Shown in pieces: positions 1-9,690 of a stretch of 55,300 nt of DNA (within the stretch, counting starts at the first letter, position 1; every line of letters starts with the position of its first letter). The position numbers were made by a program, and so were the translations under genes. The stretch is from a virus. Lineage: Duplodnaviria; Caudoviricetes. The DNA lies in the IMG/VR virus record IMGVR_UViG_3300014501_000022, positions 1 through 55,300 of that record, one strand, 5' to 3'. The notes under the pieces are model-generated. The model had not been told where the DNA came from. It ran no database searches and was given only the letters and a program-made list of their open reading frames with translations.

Positions 1-267
1 CTTATCTCGGCACACGCTGATACTCTATTATCCCTTCGTTTAACAGATAGGGACGAGTTGGAAGTTAGCGACGTTGTTGAAATGACAGCTGCTACGATAG
101 CAATCCGTGATGACAAAGGCTGCCGCTTCACAATCGACGCATGCTTTGGCAAGATGTTAATGGCAGAGAGATTCGTCTCTCCGACCGTTGGTGGCATACC
201 TCTTAATCCTGGAGCGTTAGCATACGCGAAGGGAGAATCGTTTACCGGAACCGGAGGTACACCTTAA
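1..267 (+). CDS. hypothetical protein, 5'-truncated by window edge
   Basis: Frame is open from position 1 (LISAHADTLL...) to TAA at 265-267, which overlaps the next ATG (TAATG). Confidence 0.6.
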   Translation, partial: LISAHADTLLSLRLTDRDELEVSDVVEMTAATIAIRDDKGCRFTIDACFGKMLMAERFVSPTVGGIPLNPGALAYAKGESFTGTGGTP

Positions 268-929
268 TGGCAACGTTATTAGCCGTATGGACAAAAGCAA
301 AAGAGTATACTACGCACTTCGTTATATCTGCAGCTATCCTTCTAGGGCTTGTTGGATTCGCTTCGCACCTAGAGACCGTACGACAACTTAATGAGCAGAT
401 CTACGCAATCAGTCACGCCAATAGTGCGCTGGTAGTATCTACTCCTCCTAAGAAGTCGGTCATCGATCATATCATCAATAAGAAGGTTTTACCGCCTGCA
501 CCGGTTCCTACTGATACAATCGGTTCTGTCGTAGAGATTGTTCAGAAGAGTACCGCATGTCCTCCTGTTGTAATCACCGTTCTAAAGAATGGTAATGTCG
601 TAAGTAATAACCCTAGTATCACGCAGATCATCTCAGAGAACTACCAAGACACTTTTACTGGGACTGATCTCATGTTACGTGGCGCCGGTCTTGTCTACGC
701 CGGTGAGAAAGGTTATAAAGTTAGCGGTGATTACGCTCTCCAAGCAAGCTATTGGAGAGTATGGCGTCTGTACCCCGACGTCACAGTCGCAGGGCACTCT
801 ATCGGTGGAGGTATCTCGTATCACCACGAATGGGGTATATTCAAGAATACATACGGAGGCCTAGGCTATTCCTATCACTGGAATGAAGGCTATTGGGGCC
901 CCTACGCCGCCGTATCAGTCAGATTTTAA
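267..929 (+). CDS. membrane-anchored hypothetical protein with aromatic/Gly-rich beta-strand C-terminus
   Basis: N-terminal hydrophobic helix FVISAAILLGLVGFA; C-terminal alternating strands ending VSVRF; GGAGG upstream. Confidence 0.6.
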   Translation: MATLLAVWTKAKEYTTHFVISAAILLGLVGFASHLETVRQLNEQIYAISHANSALVVSTPPKKSVIDHIINKKVLPPAPVPTDTIGSVVEIVQKSTACPPVVITVLKNGNVVSNNPSITQIISENYQDTFTGTDLMLRGAGLVYAGEKGYKVSGDYALQASYWRVWRLYPDVTVAGHSIGGGISYHHEWGIFKNTYGGLGYSYHWNEGYWGPYAAVSVRF

Positions 930-950
930 ATAAAAATTGAGAGGTAGTAA

Positions 951-2717
951 ATGTTTGTGCCCGAAGGCTTTTCATTAGAGATTTTCACCAAGAGATATGC
1001 ATTCACCGAGGAAGAGACGTGGCTAGAAGCTTGTGCTCGAGTCGCCCGACAAATCAGTGTCGCAGAGGCTCCTGAAAAACAGCGAATTTATCAAGATAAA
1101 TTTTTCGAAATTTTAACGAATAATTTATTTGTTCCTGGCGGAAGAATTTGGTACAACTCCGGTAGAGTTAATCCCCAACTGCTTAATTGCTTCGTTTTGG
1201 ATCCCAATAAGGATTCTCGCGAGGGCTGGGCTCGTTCTGCTTATAACATGATCGTTACCTCGATGACCGGTGGCGGTTGTGGAGACGACTTCTCTGACGT
1301 CCGTCCACGTGGTGCGGCCATTACAGGACAGAAGGGAGAAGCCCCTGGTGCCGTAGAGCTAATGAGACTGATTGATAGCTGCGCTAAGCCTGTTAAAGCT
1401 GGCGGCCAGCGTCGCGTTGCTTTGATGTTTAGTCTCGACTTAGATCATCCAGACGTAGAAGAGTTCTTAAACGCTAAGTTAACGAAGGGAGAGCTCTCTC
1501 ATGCTAATGTATCTGTAAGAAGTAAGCGCACCAAAGAGTTCATCAAAGCGGTTAAGAACGATGATATGTGGGAGCTTAGCTGGAAGGGTAAGTTCAAGAA
1601 GGAAGTAAAGGCTAAAGCTTTATGGGAAACCATTGTTCAGAATGCTTACAACTCCGCGGAACCGGGCTTCCTAAACTGGGAACTTGTCGAAGCCGAGAGC
1701 AATATATGGTACATTGAGCCTCTTGTAACGACAAACCCCTGTGGGGAAATAGCCTTGTCGGCCCATGATTGCTGTTGTCTAGGGCATATGGTGCTTCCAC
1801 GCTTCGTTAACAATGGAGAGGTGGACTGGCCATTGTTAGGTAATACTGTCAGAACTGCTGTCAGATTCCTCGATAATGTATTGACAGTTAACACTTATCC
1901 GCTCCCAGAGATGAAAGAGAAGTCGCACAATCTAAGAAGGATTGGATTGGGCACAACTGGCTTGGCAGATATGCTCGCTTTAATGGGACATCGTTATGGT
2001 TCTACGGCTGGAAATCAATTCGTCGACAAGCTCTTTAAGTTTATTTCTAAAGCAGCTTACGAAGCTTCTGTAATGTTGGCGGTTGAGAAGGGAGCATTTC
2101 CTCTTTGTGTTCCCGAAAAGCATATCGAGTCCGGTTTTATGAAGAGAATGCCTGAGAAGATTAGATCTCTAGTTTTAGAGCATGGTATTAGAAATTGCGC
2201 GATTTTGACACAAGCGCCAACAGGTACTGTGTCAATTCTGTCAGGTAACTGTTCTAGCGGCATCGAGCCTATGTTTGCCCCGGCTTATGAGCGCAGATAT
2301 TGGGATAAGTCCGTTAGAAAGACCGAATTAGTATTTCACCCTCTTTTTGAGAAGTTTATGCAAGAGGGAAAGGACGTTAGTCACTTTGTCGGGTCACATG
2401 ATCTCTCGGTCCGCGATCACATGGAAGTTCAGAAGATTGTCCAGAAGTATACCGACAATGCTGTAAGCAAGACTATCAATATCCCAGAGGATTATCCTAT
2501 GGAAGATGTCGCCAAGCTATGGATGGAGTTCTTACCTCACCTTAAGGGGACGACATTCTATAGAGAGAATACTCGTGGCTTCGTTAAAGAAGATGGTACA
2601 GTTGAAGAGCCGCCGCTTAAAGCGATTCCTTTAAAGGAAGCAAAAGCGCGATTTAAAGAGGCTCACACAATAAATACTATTGAGACAGATTGCTCAAAAG
2701 GAATATGCTCTATTTAA
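951..2717 (+). CDS. nrdJ: class II (adenosylcobalamin-dependent) ribonucleotide reductase
   Basis: FVPGGRI, LNCFV, EPG, TNPCGEI, RRIGLG, APTGT, SSGIEP, AVSKTIN motifs and C-terminal CSKGICSI; no nrdB in window. Confidence 0.9.
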   Translation: MFVPEGFSLEIFTKRYAFTEEETWLEACARVARQISVAEAPEKQRIYQDKFFEILTNNLFVPGGRIWYNSGRVNPQLLNCFVLDPNKDSREGWARSAYNMIVTSMTGGGCGDDFSDVRPRGAAITGQKGEAPGAVELMRLIDSCAKPVKAGGQRRVALMFSLDLDHPDVEEFLNAKLTKGELSHANVSVRSKRTKEFIKAVKNDDMWELSWKGKFKKEVKAKALWETIVQNAYNSAEPGFLNWELVEAESNIWYIEPLVTTNPCGEIALSAHDCCCLGHMVLPRFVNNGEVDWPLLGNTVRTAVRFLDNVLTVNTYPLPEMKEKSHNLRRIGLGTTGLADMLALMGHRYGSTAGNQFVDKLFKFISKAAYEASVMLAVEKGAFPLCVPEKHIESGFMKRMPEKIRSLVLEHGIRNCAILTQAPTGTVSILSGNCSSGIEPMFAPAYERRYWDKSVRKTELVFHPLFEKFMQEGKDVSHFVGSHDLSVRDHMEVQKIVQKYTDNAVSKTINIPEDYPMEDVAKLWMEFLPHLKGTTFYRENTRGFVKEDGTVEEPPLKAIPLKEAKARFKEAHTINTIETDCSKGICSI

Positions 2718-2761
2718 CCGGTCAGAATTAAAAGAAATCAGTGTAAAAGTCTTTGTACCGC

Positions 2762-2790
2762 TTGCTTTCTGTTTAGCAATATGTTATAAT
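2762..2790 (+). promoter_or_regulatory. sigma70-type promoter with extended -10
   Basis: TTGCTT (2762-2767), 17-nt spacer, TG-n-TATAAT (2782-2790) in AT-rich intergenic DNA. Confidence 0.75.
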
Positions 2791-2857
2791 AGTTAAGTAG
2801 TAAAGAAAAACCAAAGGCGACTCTTTGAAAGAGAGTCGGCGCGAAAGGGAGAATAGA

Positions 2858-3562
2858 ATGGAAGACACAGCTATTGCCGTTGCCCCAAAAGCTCACCGCC
2901 AGAGACTTGCGGATTTGAATGATACGGTATTACCGATCTTTCACGCCCGGGAAGCTCTCCAACTTCAGTTATCTACTGAAACAGATCCTGTCCTAGCTGA
3001 TTCTCTTAAAGAGAATATTCTCACGCTGAGGAATCAGATAGTTGACACAGTTATTTCGACCATGCCAGACTTTCTGGATGCGATCGTTTATAGCTGGAAT
3101 AATTCATTCTCGTACGATGAGGCTCACTCATACGTGCTTGAGAATCTGTTAGAATCCGTCCAAAGATATACAACGACGAAGAAGCCCTTCTGTCGTTTTA
3201 CTTCTTTCTTCTGGATGTATAACAAAAACCTCCTACGCAATAAACTAAAGAAGACTCGCGCTGCAAAGCGTGATCAAAGGAAGACTCATTCTCTGGACAC
3301 TTTAATTTCGTCTTGGGGCGAAGAGGATGACGCTACCCGTTACGATACTTTCGGTGTTGATGAGAATGTTTTTGAAGCGTACTCTGATAGAGCTGTCTTG
3401 AAAACTCTATATGATAACGGTACAGAGAAACAGAAACAAATTCTGGATAGACTATACGTGGGACATTCCCAAAGCGATATCGCAAAAGAGCTTGGAGTAA
3501 CAGGAACAAATATCAATACTGTTATTCGCAGACTCCGTAAGGATCTAGAGAAAATGATGTAA
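2858..3562 (+). CDS. RNA polymerase sigma factor-like protein
   Basis: Region-2-like RFTSFFWMYNKNLLRN, HSLD, C-terminal HTH SQSDIAKELGVTGTNINTVIRRLR; ATG 2858 has upstream AGGGAG. Confidence 0.75.
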   Translation: MEDTAIAVAPKAHRQRLADLNDTVLPIFHAREALQLQLSTETDPVLADSLKENILTLRNQIVDTVISTMPDFLDAIVYSWNNSFSYDEAHSYVLENLLESVQRYTTTKKPFCRFTSFFWMYNKNLLRNKLKKTRAAKRDQRKTHSLDTLISSWGEEDDATRYDTFGVDENVFEAYSDRAVLKTLYDNGTEKQKQILDRLYVGHSQSDIAKELGVTGTNINTVIRRLRKDLEKMM

Positions 3563-3585
3563 GATGTTTCATAGGAGATTATAAT

Positions 3586-3876
3586 ATGACAATGTTTTTA
3601 CTAGGTGGTGCTTCCGCTCTTGCTCTCGCAGGTCTTTTGTATTGGGCGTGGACTGAAACAGAGACTACCGTCGAAGCAGATTTTCTCGCAGACGAAGCCG
3701 CTCTTAAGGCATACCTCGCTAGCCTGGAAGCTGAGCTATCCGCGAAGTATGACGCGATTAGCACCCAGCTGAAAACGGAAGCAGATGAGTTAGCAGTCAA
3801 GGGTCTTACCGGAGCTGCCTCAGGACTTACAGAAGTCCTCGCTGCAATTCAAGCGGAATTAGCAAAGCTAAGCTAA
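3586..3876 (+). CDS. membrane-anchored helical protein
   Basis: N-terminal TM segment, Ala/Leu/Glu helical body, AGGAG RBS. Confidence 0.6.
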   Translation: MTMFLLGGASALALAGLLYWAWTETETTVEADFLADEAALKAYLASLEAELSAKYDAISTQLKTEADELAVKGLTGAASGLTEVLAAIQAELAKLS

Positions 3877-3877
3877 A

Positions 3878-4963
3878 ATGGCATTACTTAATGTTCAAGT
3901 CTTAACGCTAGCGACAGCTACGCAACCCGTCCAAGAAACATTTACGATGGGTGCTGTCGCACCCTTCACGTTCACAACCTCATCGCTACCCGTTGTTATC
4001 CCTGGAGTACTTACTACGCAAACAGGGACAGTAGCTGTTGTTAACGGCTCTGCAGTGGTAATAGGTACGGGGACAACCTTCTCTGCACTAACGATAGGCA
4101 GTCAAGTTCAATTCCCTAGCCAGCCAGGCGGAGTATATCATATACAGTCAATAGCGAGCGACACCTCTTTAACGCTAACGACATCCTATACAGGTACAGC
4201 GAACCCCTCAACACAGTTGTTGTTACAGTACGTCTACGTCTCTACTGCTCCTGTAGGCTTCCAGTATACCGCTAACTTCGCAACGGGACTTCTCACCTTC
4301 CCTGCTACATCCGCTAACATAACCTTTGTAGTCGCCTACAACGCGACGTTCTACACTCCTACGGTAGGAGCGGCGAGCGCCCTCATAGAGATGTGGGGCG
4401 GCGGAGGACAAGGTGGATATGCTCTAGGCGGTCTCCCTATCACCTATTCAGTAGGTTCAGGAGGAGGTTCAGGCGGCTACGCTAGCTACTTCTTACCTTC
4501 TCTAGCGGGTCCGTATCAGATAGGTATAGGAACTGGTGGAGGCACCGCTGTACTTGGTTCTTCTCTCAACGGCGGCAACACCTTCTTTAACACCGGCTCT
4601 CTAATTATAACGGCGTATGGCGGTCTACAGGGTAACACAATACAAGTAGGCGCATCAGTCCCTCAGATAACCTTAGGGGGCCTCGGCGGAGTAATTTCAA
4701 CGAACGGTATATACAACGGCGCAGGCAACGCGGGAGAAGAAGGACTGATCCTATCTGGATCCTTTATAAAGGGAGGAGCTGGTGGCGCGACCGCTTTAGG
4801 TGGCGCAGGTGCCTCTCTAGGGATAACTGGAACAGGGAATGGCAATAACGCCATAGCTAATACTGGATCAGGCGGCGGCGGTGGCATCAACACAAATATT
4901 ACAAGTCTTGCATTAGGTGGGTTAGGCTCAGCTGGTGTGATGATCGTTTCAGAGTATCAGTAA
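3878..4963 (+). CDS. glycine-rich tail/virion fibre-like protein
   Basis: [19 protein letters not shown] segment; Gly-rich domain [11 protein letters not shown]...GSGGGSGGY...[13 protein letters not shown]. Confidence 0.7.
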   Translation: MALLNVQVLTLATATQPVQETFTMGAVAPFTFTTSSLPVVIPGVLTTQTGTVAVVNGSAVVIGTGTTFSALTIGSQVQFPSQPGGVYHIQSIASDTSLTLTTSYTGTANPSTQLLLQYVYVSTAPVGFQYTANFATGLLTFPATSANITFVVAYNATFYTPTVGAASALIEMWGGGGQGGYALGGLPITYSVGSGGGSGGYASYFLPSLAGPYQIGIGTGGGTAVLGSSLNGGNTFFNTGSLIITAYGGLQGNTIQVGASVPQITLGGLGGVISTNGIYNGAGNAGEEGLILSGSFIKGGAGGATALGGAGASLGITGTGNGNNAIANTGSGGGGGINTNITSLALGGLGSAGVMIVSEYQ

Positions 4964-4986
4964 ATAAAACAGTAGGAGTAATAGCA

Positions 4987-5205
4987 ATGCGCGGAAAAGT
5001 GAAGTGGTTCAATAATCAGAAGGGGTTTGGATTCATCACCCCCGAAGATGGTAGTAAGGATGTCTTCGTACATCACACCTCCATCAAGATGGAAGGATAC
5101 AAGACTCTCGCTGAGAAGCAGGACGTTGAGTATGACCTTGAGCAGTCAGACAAGGGGCCTCGTGCGGTTAACGTACGCACCCTTGTAGCTGTAGCGGCTC
5201 GTTAA
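4987..5205 (+). CDS. cspA: cold-shock protein
   Basis: GKVKWFN, RNP1 KGFGFI, RNP2 [13 protein letters not shown]. Confidence 0.95.
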   Translation: MRGKVKWFNNQKGFGFITPEDGSKDVFVHHTSIKMEGYKTLAEKQDVEYDLEQSDKGPRAVNVRTLVAVAAR

Positions 5206-5210
5206 TAATC

Positions 5211-5240
5211 AGGAGCCTAGGTGTAAAAGCCTAGGCTCCT
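5211..5240 (+). terminator. stem-loop after csp (terminator or processing hairpin)
   Basis: AGGAGCCTAGG / CCTAGGCTCCT 11-bp inverted repeat with 8-nt loop; weak U tract. Confidence 0.55.
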
Positions 5241-5244
5241 ACTT

Positions 5245-5724
5245 ATGAATATTTTAGAATTAGTCGAAAAGTACGGTCTTGAAGTTACAAAGCAGGGCAA
5301 TCTATACGTAACTTACTGCCCTTTCCACAAAGATGAACACAGACCTAACTTTACCATCTACGAAGAAACCGATAGCTACTACTGCTACACGTGCAGTAAA
5401 GGTGGTGACGCGATCGATTTCTTTGCACGCATGGAGAAGATTCCTTACGCCCAAGCGCAGCATCGTCTATATAGCGACCTTTCTTCATTACGAGATAAGA
5501 TCAATAAGGTCAAGACACCTAAGTCGTATAACGATGTCGTCAATCTCCAAGCGAGTAAGCTTCTACGTTCGGCTGCTTATTCTCAACCTAGTAGATTGGG
5601 TGAAATAATGAAGGTGATGATGCACGTAGATGATACGTTAGTTCGCGATATAACGCAAGACGAAGCTATTAATTTGATCTCTGAGGTAAGCTCCCGATTA
5701 AACGCTATAGCTCAAAGTGTATAA
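5245..5724 (+). CDS. primase zinc-binding (CHC2) domain protein
   Basis: CPFHKDEHRPNF...YYCYTCSKGGDAIDF, typical of the DnaG N-terminus, followed by a helical domain. Confidence 0.85.
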   Translation: MNILELVEKYGLEVTKQGNLYVTYCPFHKDEHRPNFTIYEETDSYYCYTCSKGGDAIDFFARMEKIPYAQAQHRLYSDLSSLRDKINKVKTPKSYNDVVNLQASKLLRSAAYSQPSRLGEIMKVMMHVDDTLVRDITQDEAINLISEVSSRLNAIAQSV

Positions 5725-5761
5725 GATATGAGTAGCACAAATAAACGATAAGGATCATTAA

Positions 5762-6445
5762 ATGAAAACAATCTTAATTTACAGTGGTGGGCTAGACTCT
5801 ACAGCGCTTCTATATCAGTTGAAGGCAGAAGGCCGTGAAGTAAAGACGTTGTCCATCAATTATGGGCAGAAGCACATCAAGGAGCTTACCGCAGCGAAGT
5901 ATATCACCTCGAATCTAGATGTAGAGCATCGGATCGTAGATCTTTCCAGTCTCCGACCCCTCCTAGGAGGTAGTTCTCAGACAGACGATGCTGTAGCCGT
6001 TCCTGATGGCCATTACGCTGAAGAGGTTATGAAGAAGACTATCGTTTCGAACAGAAACATGTTAATGCTCGCAGTCGCAGGGGCGTGGGCAATCTCTTCG
6101 AGATACGATACTATCGCGTACGCGGCGCATGCCGGCGACCATGCAATCTACCCAGATTGCAGAGAAGAGTTCGTTAGACCGCTTAACGAAGCGATGCAGA
6201 ACGCCGACTGGCATAAGGTTTCGATCGAAAGACCCTTTATCAATACAACGAAGGCCGGTATCGTTAAGGTCGGCAGTAAGTTGAGCGTACCCTTCGCACA
6301 GACGTGGAGTTGTTATAAGGGCGGGGATAAGCATTGCGGAACATGTGGAACTTGTTACGAGAGACGTGAAGCGTTCATCGAAGCAGGTGTTAAGGATCCG
6401 ACTCCATATCTAGACGCAACGACTACATTCTCCGTGCCAGCGTAA
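5762..6445 (+). CDS. queC: 7-cyano-7-deazaguanine synthase
   Basis: SGGLDS, YGQKH, NRN, YPDCR, TWSCY...CGTCGTC. Confidence 0.95.
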   Translation: MKTILIYSGGLDSTALLYQLKAEGREVKTLSINYGQKHIKELTAAKYITSNLDVEHRIVDLSSLRPLLGGSSQTDDAVAVPDGHYAEEVMKKTIVSNRNMLMLAVAGAWAISSRYDTIAYAAHAGDHAIYPDCREEFVRPLNEAMQNADWHKVSIERPFINTTKAGIVKVGSKLSVPFAQTWSCYKGGDKHCGTCGTCYERREAFIEAGVKDPTPYLDATTTFSVPA

Positions 6446-6446
6446 T

Positions 6447-6635
6447 ATGAAACATATTTATGTAGTAGAGTATGGAGATGGGACTGATTGTATGTTTGTC
6501 AAATCAGATCATATCCGCAAGGTACGTTCTTATGTTAAAGCGCACCTACTTAAAATAGAGGGGATGTCTACCGCAGATCTAGAAGACATACTATCAGATA
6601 CGTTCATTGGAAGAATTAAAGTCGAAGAGGTTTAA
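6447..6635 (+). CDS. hypothetical protein
   Basis: 62-aa ORF filling the operon gap. Confidence 0.6.
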   Translation: MKHIYVVEYGDGTDCMFVKSDHIRKVRSYVKAHLLKIEGMSTADLEDILSDTFIGRIKVEEV

Positions 6636-6637
6636 TC

Positions 6638-6886
6638 ATGAAAGCTACAATCACTAAGAGTTATTCACGTAAGTTAAGCGCAGGAGCACCTCACTATACT
6701 TCCGAAGAATTTTCAACTCGCTTAGAAAAGGAAGTAGAGTATACTACGAAAGAGGAGTTTCTTTCGGAGACAGACAAGATCGCCGCGCAAGTTAAGTCTC
6801 TTACCCTGCGTGACCTTGAGAAGTACTCGGAAGTTATTAAGCTTTCAAAGCCGAATAACCCTGTACAAGTAGAGGACAGAGCCTAA
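6638..6886 (+). CDS. hypothetical protein
   Basis: 82-aa ORF, GAGG RBS, coupled to next gene. Confidence 0.65.
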   Translation: MKATITKSYSRKLSAGAPHYTSEEFSTRLEKEVEYTTKEEFLSETDKIAAQVKSLTLRDLEKYSEVIKLSKPNNPVQVEDRA

Positions 6887-7434
6887 TGATTCCTTACGAA
6901 AAGTATTCGGAGCTGCGGAAAGAGATGTCGACTATCCGGATTGATCTCGATAGTGACCCCGCATCAACGGGTATCGGCCAATTAAATTCGAAGATTGCAG
7001 AAGTGCATGCTTTGAAAGACAGAGTAGCTTCTATTATGGCGGAAGCTATCGCTAACGTATCTGAACGTAGTCGTACGCATCAAGAAGCGAAGATGCTATA
7101 CGAAGCTAAGTTTGACGCTATCCTTAATAGTGATAGGCTCGTTCAGGAGCTGAAGTCCGAGGGGTTACGCCGAGCTGCTTGTAACGCAAAGCTCCCTGAT
7201 GAGTATGCGCGTGTTAACGCGACAGAAATTGATCTCAACGATGCAGAGAGTTTCCAGAAGTTAGTACAGGCTAAGTATAACCTACTCGATAGCGCCAATA
7301 CTAACATCTCTAGACAGATCTCCGTTATTCAGTTACAAGTTGATATCGGTGATATCAACAGAGCAGCAGCAAGTCCTTTCCGTGAGCGTACAGTGGGGAT
7401 TCGCCGATCTACGCCGATTGACGAAACAGCATAA
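6886..7434 (+). CDS. coiled-coil protein (possible recombination mediator)
   Basis: Helical heptad pattern; lies upstream of SSB-like and recA genes; function inferred from context only. Confidence 0.55.
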   Translation: MIPYEKYSELRKEMSTIRIDLDSDPASTGIGQLNSKIAEVHALKDRVASIMAEAIANVSERSRTHQEAKMLYEAKFDAILNSDRLVQELKSEGLRRAACNAKLPDEYARVNATEIDLNDAESFQKLVQAKYNLLDSANTNISRQISVIQLQVDIGDINRAAASPFRERTVGIRRSTPIDETA

Positions 7435-7625
7435 TGCCAAGAATAGGTCTGCGGGCTTTAGGGGTTAACTTAGACTCTATTAAAGATATGACTATCAAGG
7501 AAGTATATGGTTCTGGTATAGTATCTGTTCCGGAATGTAACAAACGATTCTGGAAGCTCATAAAAGAAAAGAATCTAAAAGTAAAGCTACAAGTTACTAG
7601 TAATAAAAAGTCGCAGGCTGTGTAA
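7434..7625 (+). CDS. hypothetical protein
   Basis: 63-aa ORF with TAATG coupling. Confidence 0.55.
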   Translation: MPRIGLRALGVNLDSIKDMTIKEVYGSGIVSVPECNKRFWKLIKEKNLKVKLQVTSNKKSQAV

Positions 7626-7663
7626 AATTAATCATAGAGAAAATCTAGGAGGTAGTAAAGAGT

Positions 7664-8095
7664 ATGGGATTTAAAATTCAGAAGACGAAGGGTGTAGAAG
7701 ATGGAGTGTATGACGCAGTATTGTCAGACATTCAGAGTGCGAAGGGCGCGTTCGGTCCTTGCCTGAAGTTCTTCTTCCGCATCAATGGCGGCGCAAATGA
7801 CGGTACCGAAGTATCAATGATTCGCCCGGCGAAGCTCGTCCCAGGCAATAAGCTAGACAAGACGCTACAGAGTCTAGGTATCGATACATCTGCCGTCGAA
7901 GACGAATTAGATGTAGACGTTCTCTTGAATAAGAACGTTCAAGTTACTGTCGAGTCAAAGACTAGTGAGAAGGGTAAGGTGTTCGCTAACGTTACGGAAG
8001 TCCGCATTAGCAAGGCGAACAAGACGTCGTCAGCCCCAAAGGCTGCGGCTCCTGCACCAATCCGCGAAGTTGCTGTAGACGACGTACCCTTTTAA
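7664..8095 (+). CDS. single-stranded DNA-binding protein-like (OB fold)
   Basis: DGVYDAVLSDI...FANVTEV beta pattern, linker, acidic tail DDVPF; AGGAGG RBS; next to recA. Confidence 0.7.
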   Translation: MGFKIQKTKGVEDGVYDAVLSDIQSAKGAFGPCLKFFFRINGGANDGTEVSMIRPAKLVPGNKLDKTLQSLGIDTSAVEDELDVDVLLNKNVQVTVESKTSEKGKVFANVTEVRISKANKTSSAPKAAAPAPIREVAVDDVPF

Positions 8096-8110
8096 TAGGG
8101 ATTCAAAACA

Positions 8111-8138
8111 GAGACGGCGGGAGCGCTCCCGCCGTCTC
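8111..8138. repeat. perfect 28-bp palindrome
   Basis: GAGACGGCGGGAGC|GCTCCCGCCGTCTC is its own reverse complement. Confidence 0.9.
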
Positions 8139-8148
8139 ATATTGATTT

Positions 8149-9147
8149 ATGGAGACAAACGTGGCTGAGAGACAATCGCTAAAGGCAGCTTTAGCTAGCA
8201 TTGAGAAGGATTTGGGTACATCCGTTCAGATGTTAGGCGAGATGGCACCTTTGCAGGTAGAGGCGATCCGCTCTGGATCGTTTCTATTGGACGCGGCGAT
8301 TGGTGTAGGTGGTTATCCTCGCGGTCGCATCGTTGAGATCTTTGGTGCCCCGTCAGGCGGCAAGACGACCATGAGTCTACTTGCTATCGCTCAGGCACAG
8401 AAGGCCGGCGGCCGTGCCGCTTTCATCGACGTAGAACACGCGTTCAGTGTTGAGTATGCTCAGAGCATGGGCATTGATACCGATACGCTTTATTTCGTTC
8501 AGCCGGATTTCGGCGAGCAGGCGCTAGAGATTCTAGAGAGACTTACCGCGACAAATGAGTACGACATCATCGTTCTAGACTCTACAGCTGCGCTACTTCC
8601 TAAGGCGGAGATGGAAGAAGAAGTAGGTAAGCAGTTCATGGCGCTACAGGCTCGTATGCTTAGTCAGGCGATGAGAAAGTTAACTCCTGTTGTTGGTAAG
8701 ACAAAGACAGTTGTTATCTTCATCAACCAGACAAGACAGAACGTAGGCGTTATGTATGGCAACCCTACGACAACGCCTGGCGGAGAAGCATTGAAGTTCT
8801 ATAGTTCCGTACGTCTTAATGTTCGCAGAACTGGTGGATCAGATATCAAGGACGGTAAAGATATCCTAGGTCATCGAATTAATATTACGTGCGTCAAGAA
8901 TAAGGTAGCTCCTCCGCTGAAGTCAGCAGAGCTTACCTTCGTATATGGTAAGGGAATTGATACTGTCTTAGATATGCTAGAGTACGCAACAGACAAGGGC
9001 ATCCTAACAGTAACAGGCCACACCTATACACTTGGTACAAACAAATGGGTGGGACGTGATAACGCAATTAAAGCTATTCAAGAAGATCCATTGTTAACAC
9101 AACAGGTAGAGGAGCTGTTACTGGCCGCTACTTCCCCTAAGGCTTAA
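8149..9147 (+). CDS. recA: recombinase RecA
   Basis: GGYPRGRIVEIFG, GGKTT, FIDVEHA, QARMLSQAMRKL, FINQ, TPGGEALKFYSSVR, KNKVAPP. Confidence 0.97.
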   Translation: METNVAERQSLKAALASIEKDLGTSVQMLGEMAPLQVEAIRSGSFLLDAAIGVGGYPRGRIVEIFGAPSGGKTTMSLLAIAQAQKAGGRAAFIDVEHAFSVEYAQSMGIDTDTLYFVQPDFGEQALEILERLTATNEYDIIVLDSTAALLPKAEMEEEVGKQFMALQARMLSQAMRKLTPVVGKTKTVVIFINQTRQNVGVMYGNPTTTPGGEALKFYSSVRLNVRRTGGSDIKDGKDILGHRINITCVKNKVAPPLKSAELTFVYGKGIDTVLDMLEYATDKGILTVTGHTYTLGTNKWVGRDNAIKAIQEDPLLTQQVEELLLAATSPKA

Positions 9148-9166
9148 GCTGTACGTTGCTACCTCC

Positions 9167-9202
9167 ACGGCGTCACGACTTAATCCATCGTGACGCCGTT
9201 TT
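9167..9202 (+). terminator. intrinsic terminator after recA
   Basis: ACGGCGTCACGA / TCGTGACGCCGT 12-bp stem followed by TTTG. Confidence 0.7.
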
Positions 9203-9226
9203 GTATTAAGGGATTAGGAGATATGT

Positions 9227-9688
9227 ATGTCATCAGGTGATTGGGCTTCCATGTATCAAAATCAATATCAGGGTATTGAAAATTCAATAACCCTTCAGAC
9301 TTCTTCGAACGGAAGTATTACCCTAGGAGCTGCTTCTAGTAATAACGTTGTCTTTCAAACGACGAATAGTTACTGGCCTCAGAACTACCAGCCAACTTAC
9401 ACAGATGGCCTGGGTGGATTATACCAACAACAGCCGCAGTACTACGGCGGCAATCCAAACATTGTCCCTGTTACGATAGAGCCAGATAAGCTGAAGAGTA
9501 AGTGGTCGCCCGAGACAGGACCACATGATCATCAAATTGAATGTCGCCTTACCGTAGAGAATGTAAGAGTGTATGCTGAATACTTCTGCTATCATTGTAA
9601 TGAAGTCGTGCATCGTAAGGTGATTTCAAAGTTGCCAAAGAGTATTATGAATAAGAAGTGCTTGCCTAGATTAGTTAAGGGAGTTTAA
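9227..9688 (+). CDS. hypothetical protein, Q/N/Y/S-rich N-terminus and CxxC C-terminal domain
   Basis: AGGAG RBS; low-complexity first half; H..C...CYHC. Confidence 0.65.
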   Translation: MSSGDWASMYQNQYQGIENSITLQTSSNGSITLGAASSNNVVFQTTNSYWPQNYQPTYTDGLGGLYQQQPQYYGGNPNIVPVTIEPDKLKSKWSPETGPHDHQIECRLTVENVRVYAEYFCYHCNEVVHRKVISKLPKSIMNKKCLPRLVKGV

Positions 9689-9690
9689 AA

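Noticed and set aside
26-42. TATTATC-N4/5-GTTTA shared with 25080-25095 as a late promoter
   Set aside because: Only two instances, the spacing differs, and the first lies inside an open reading frame
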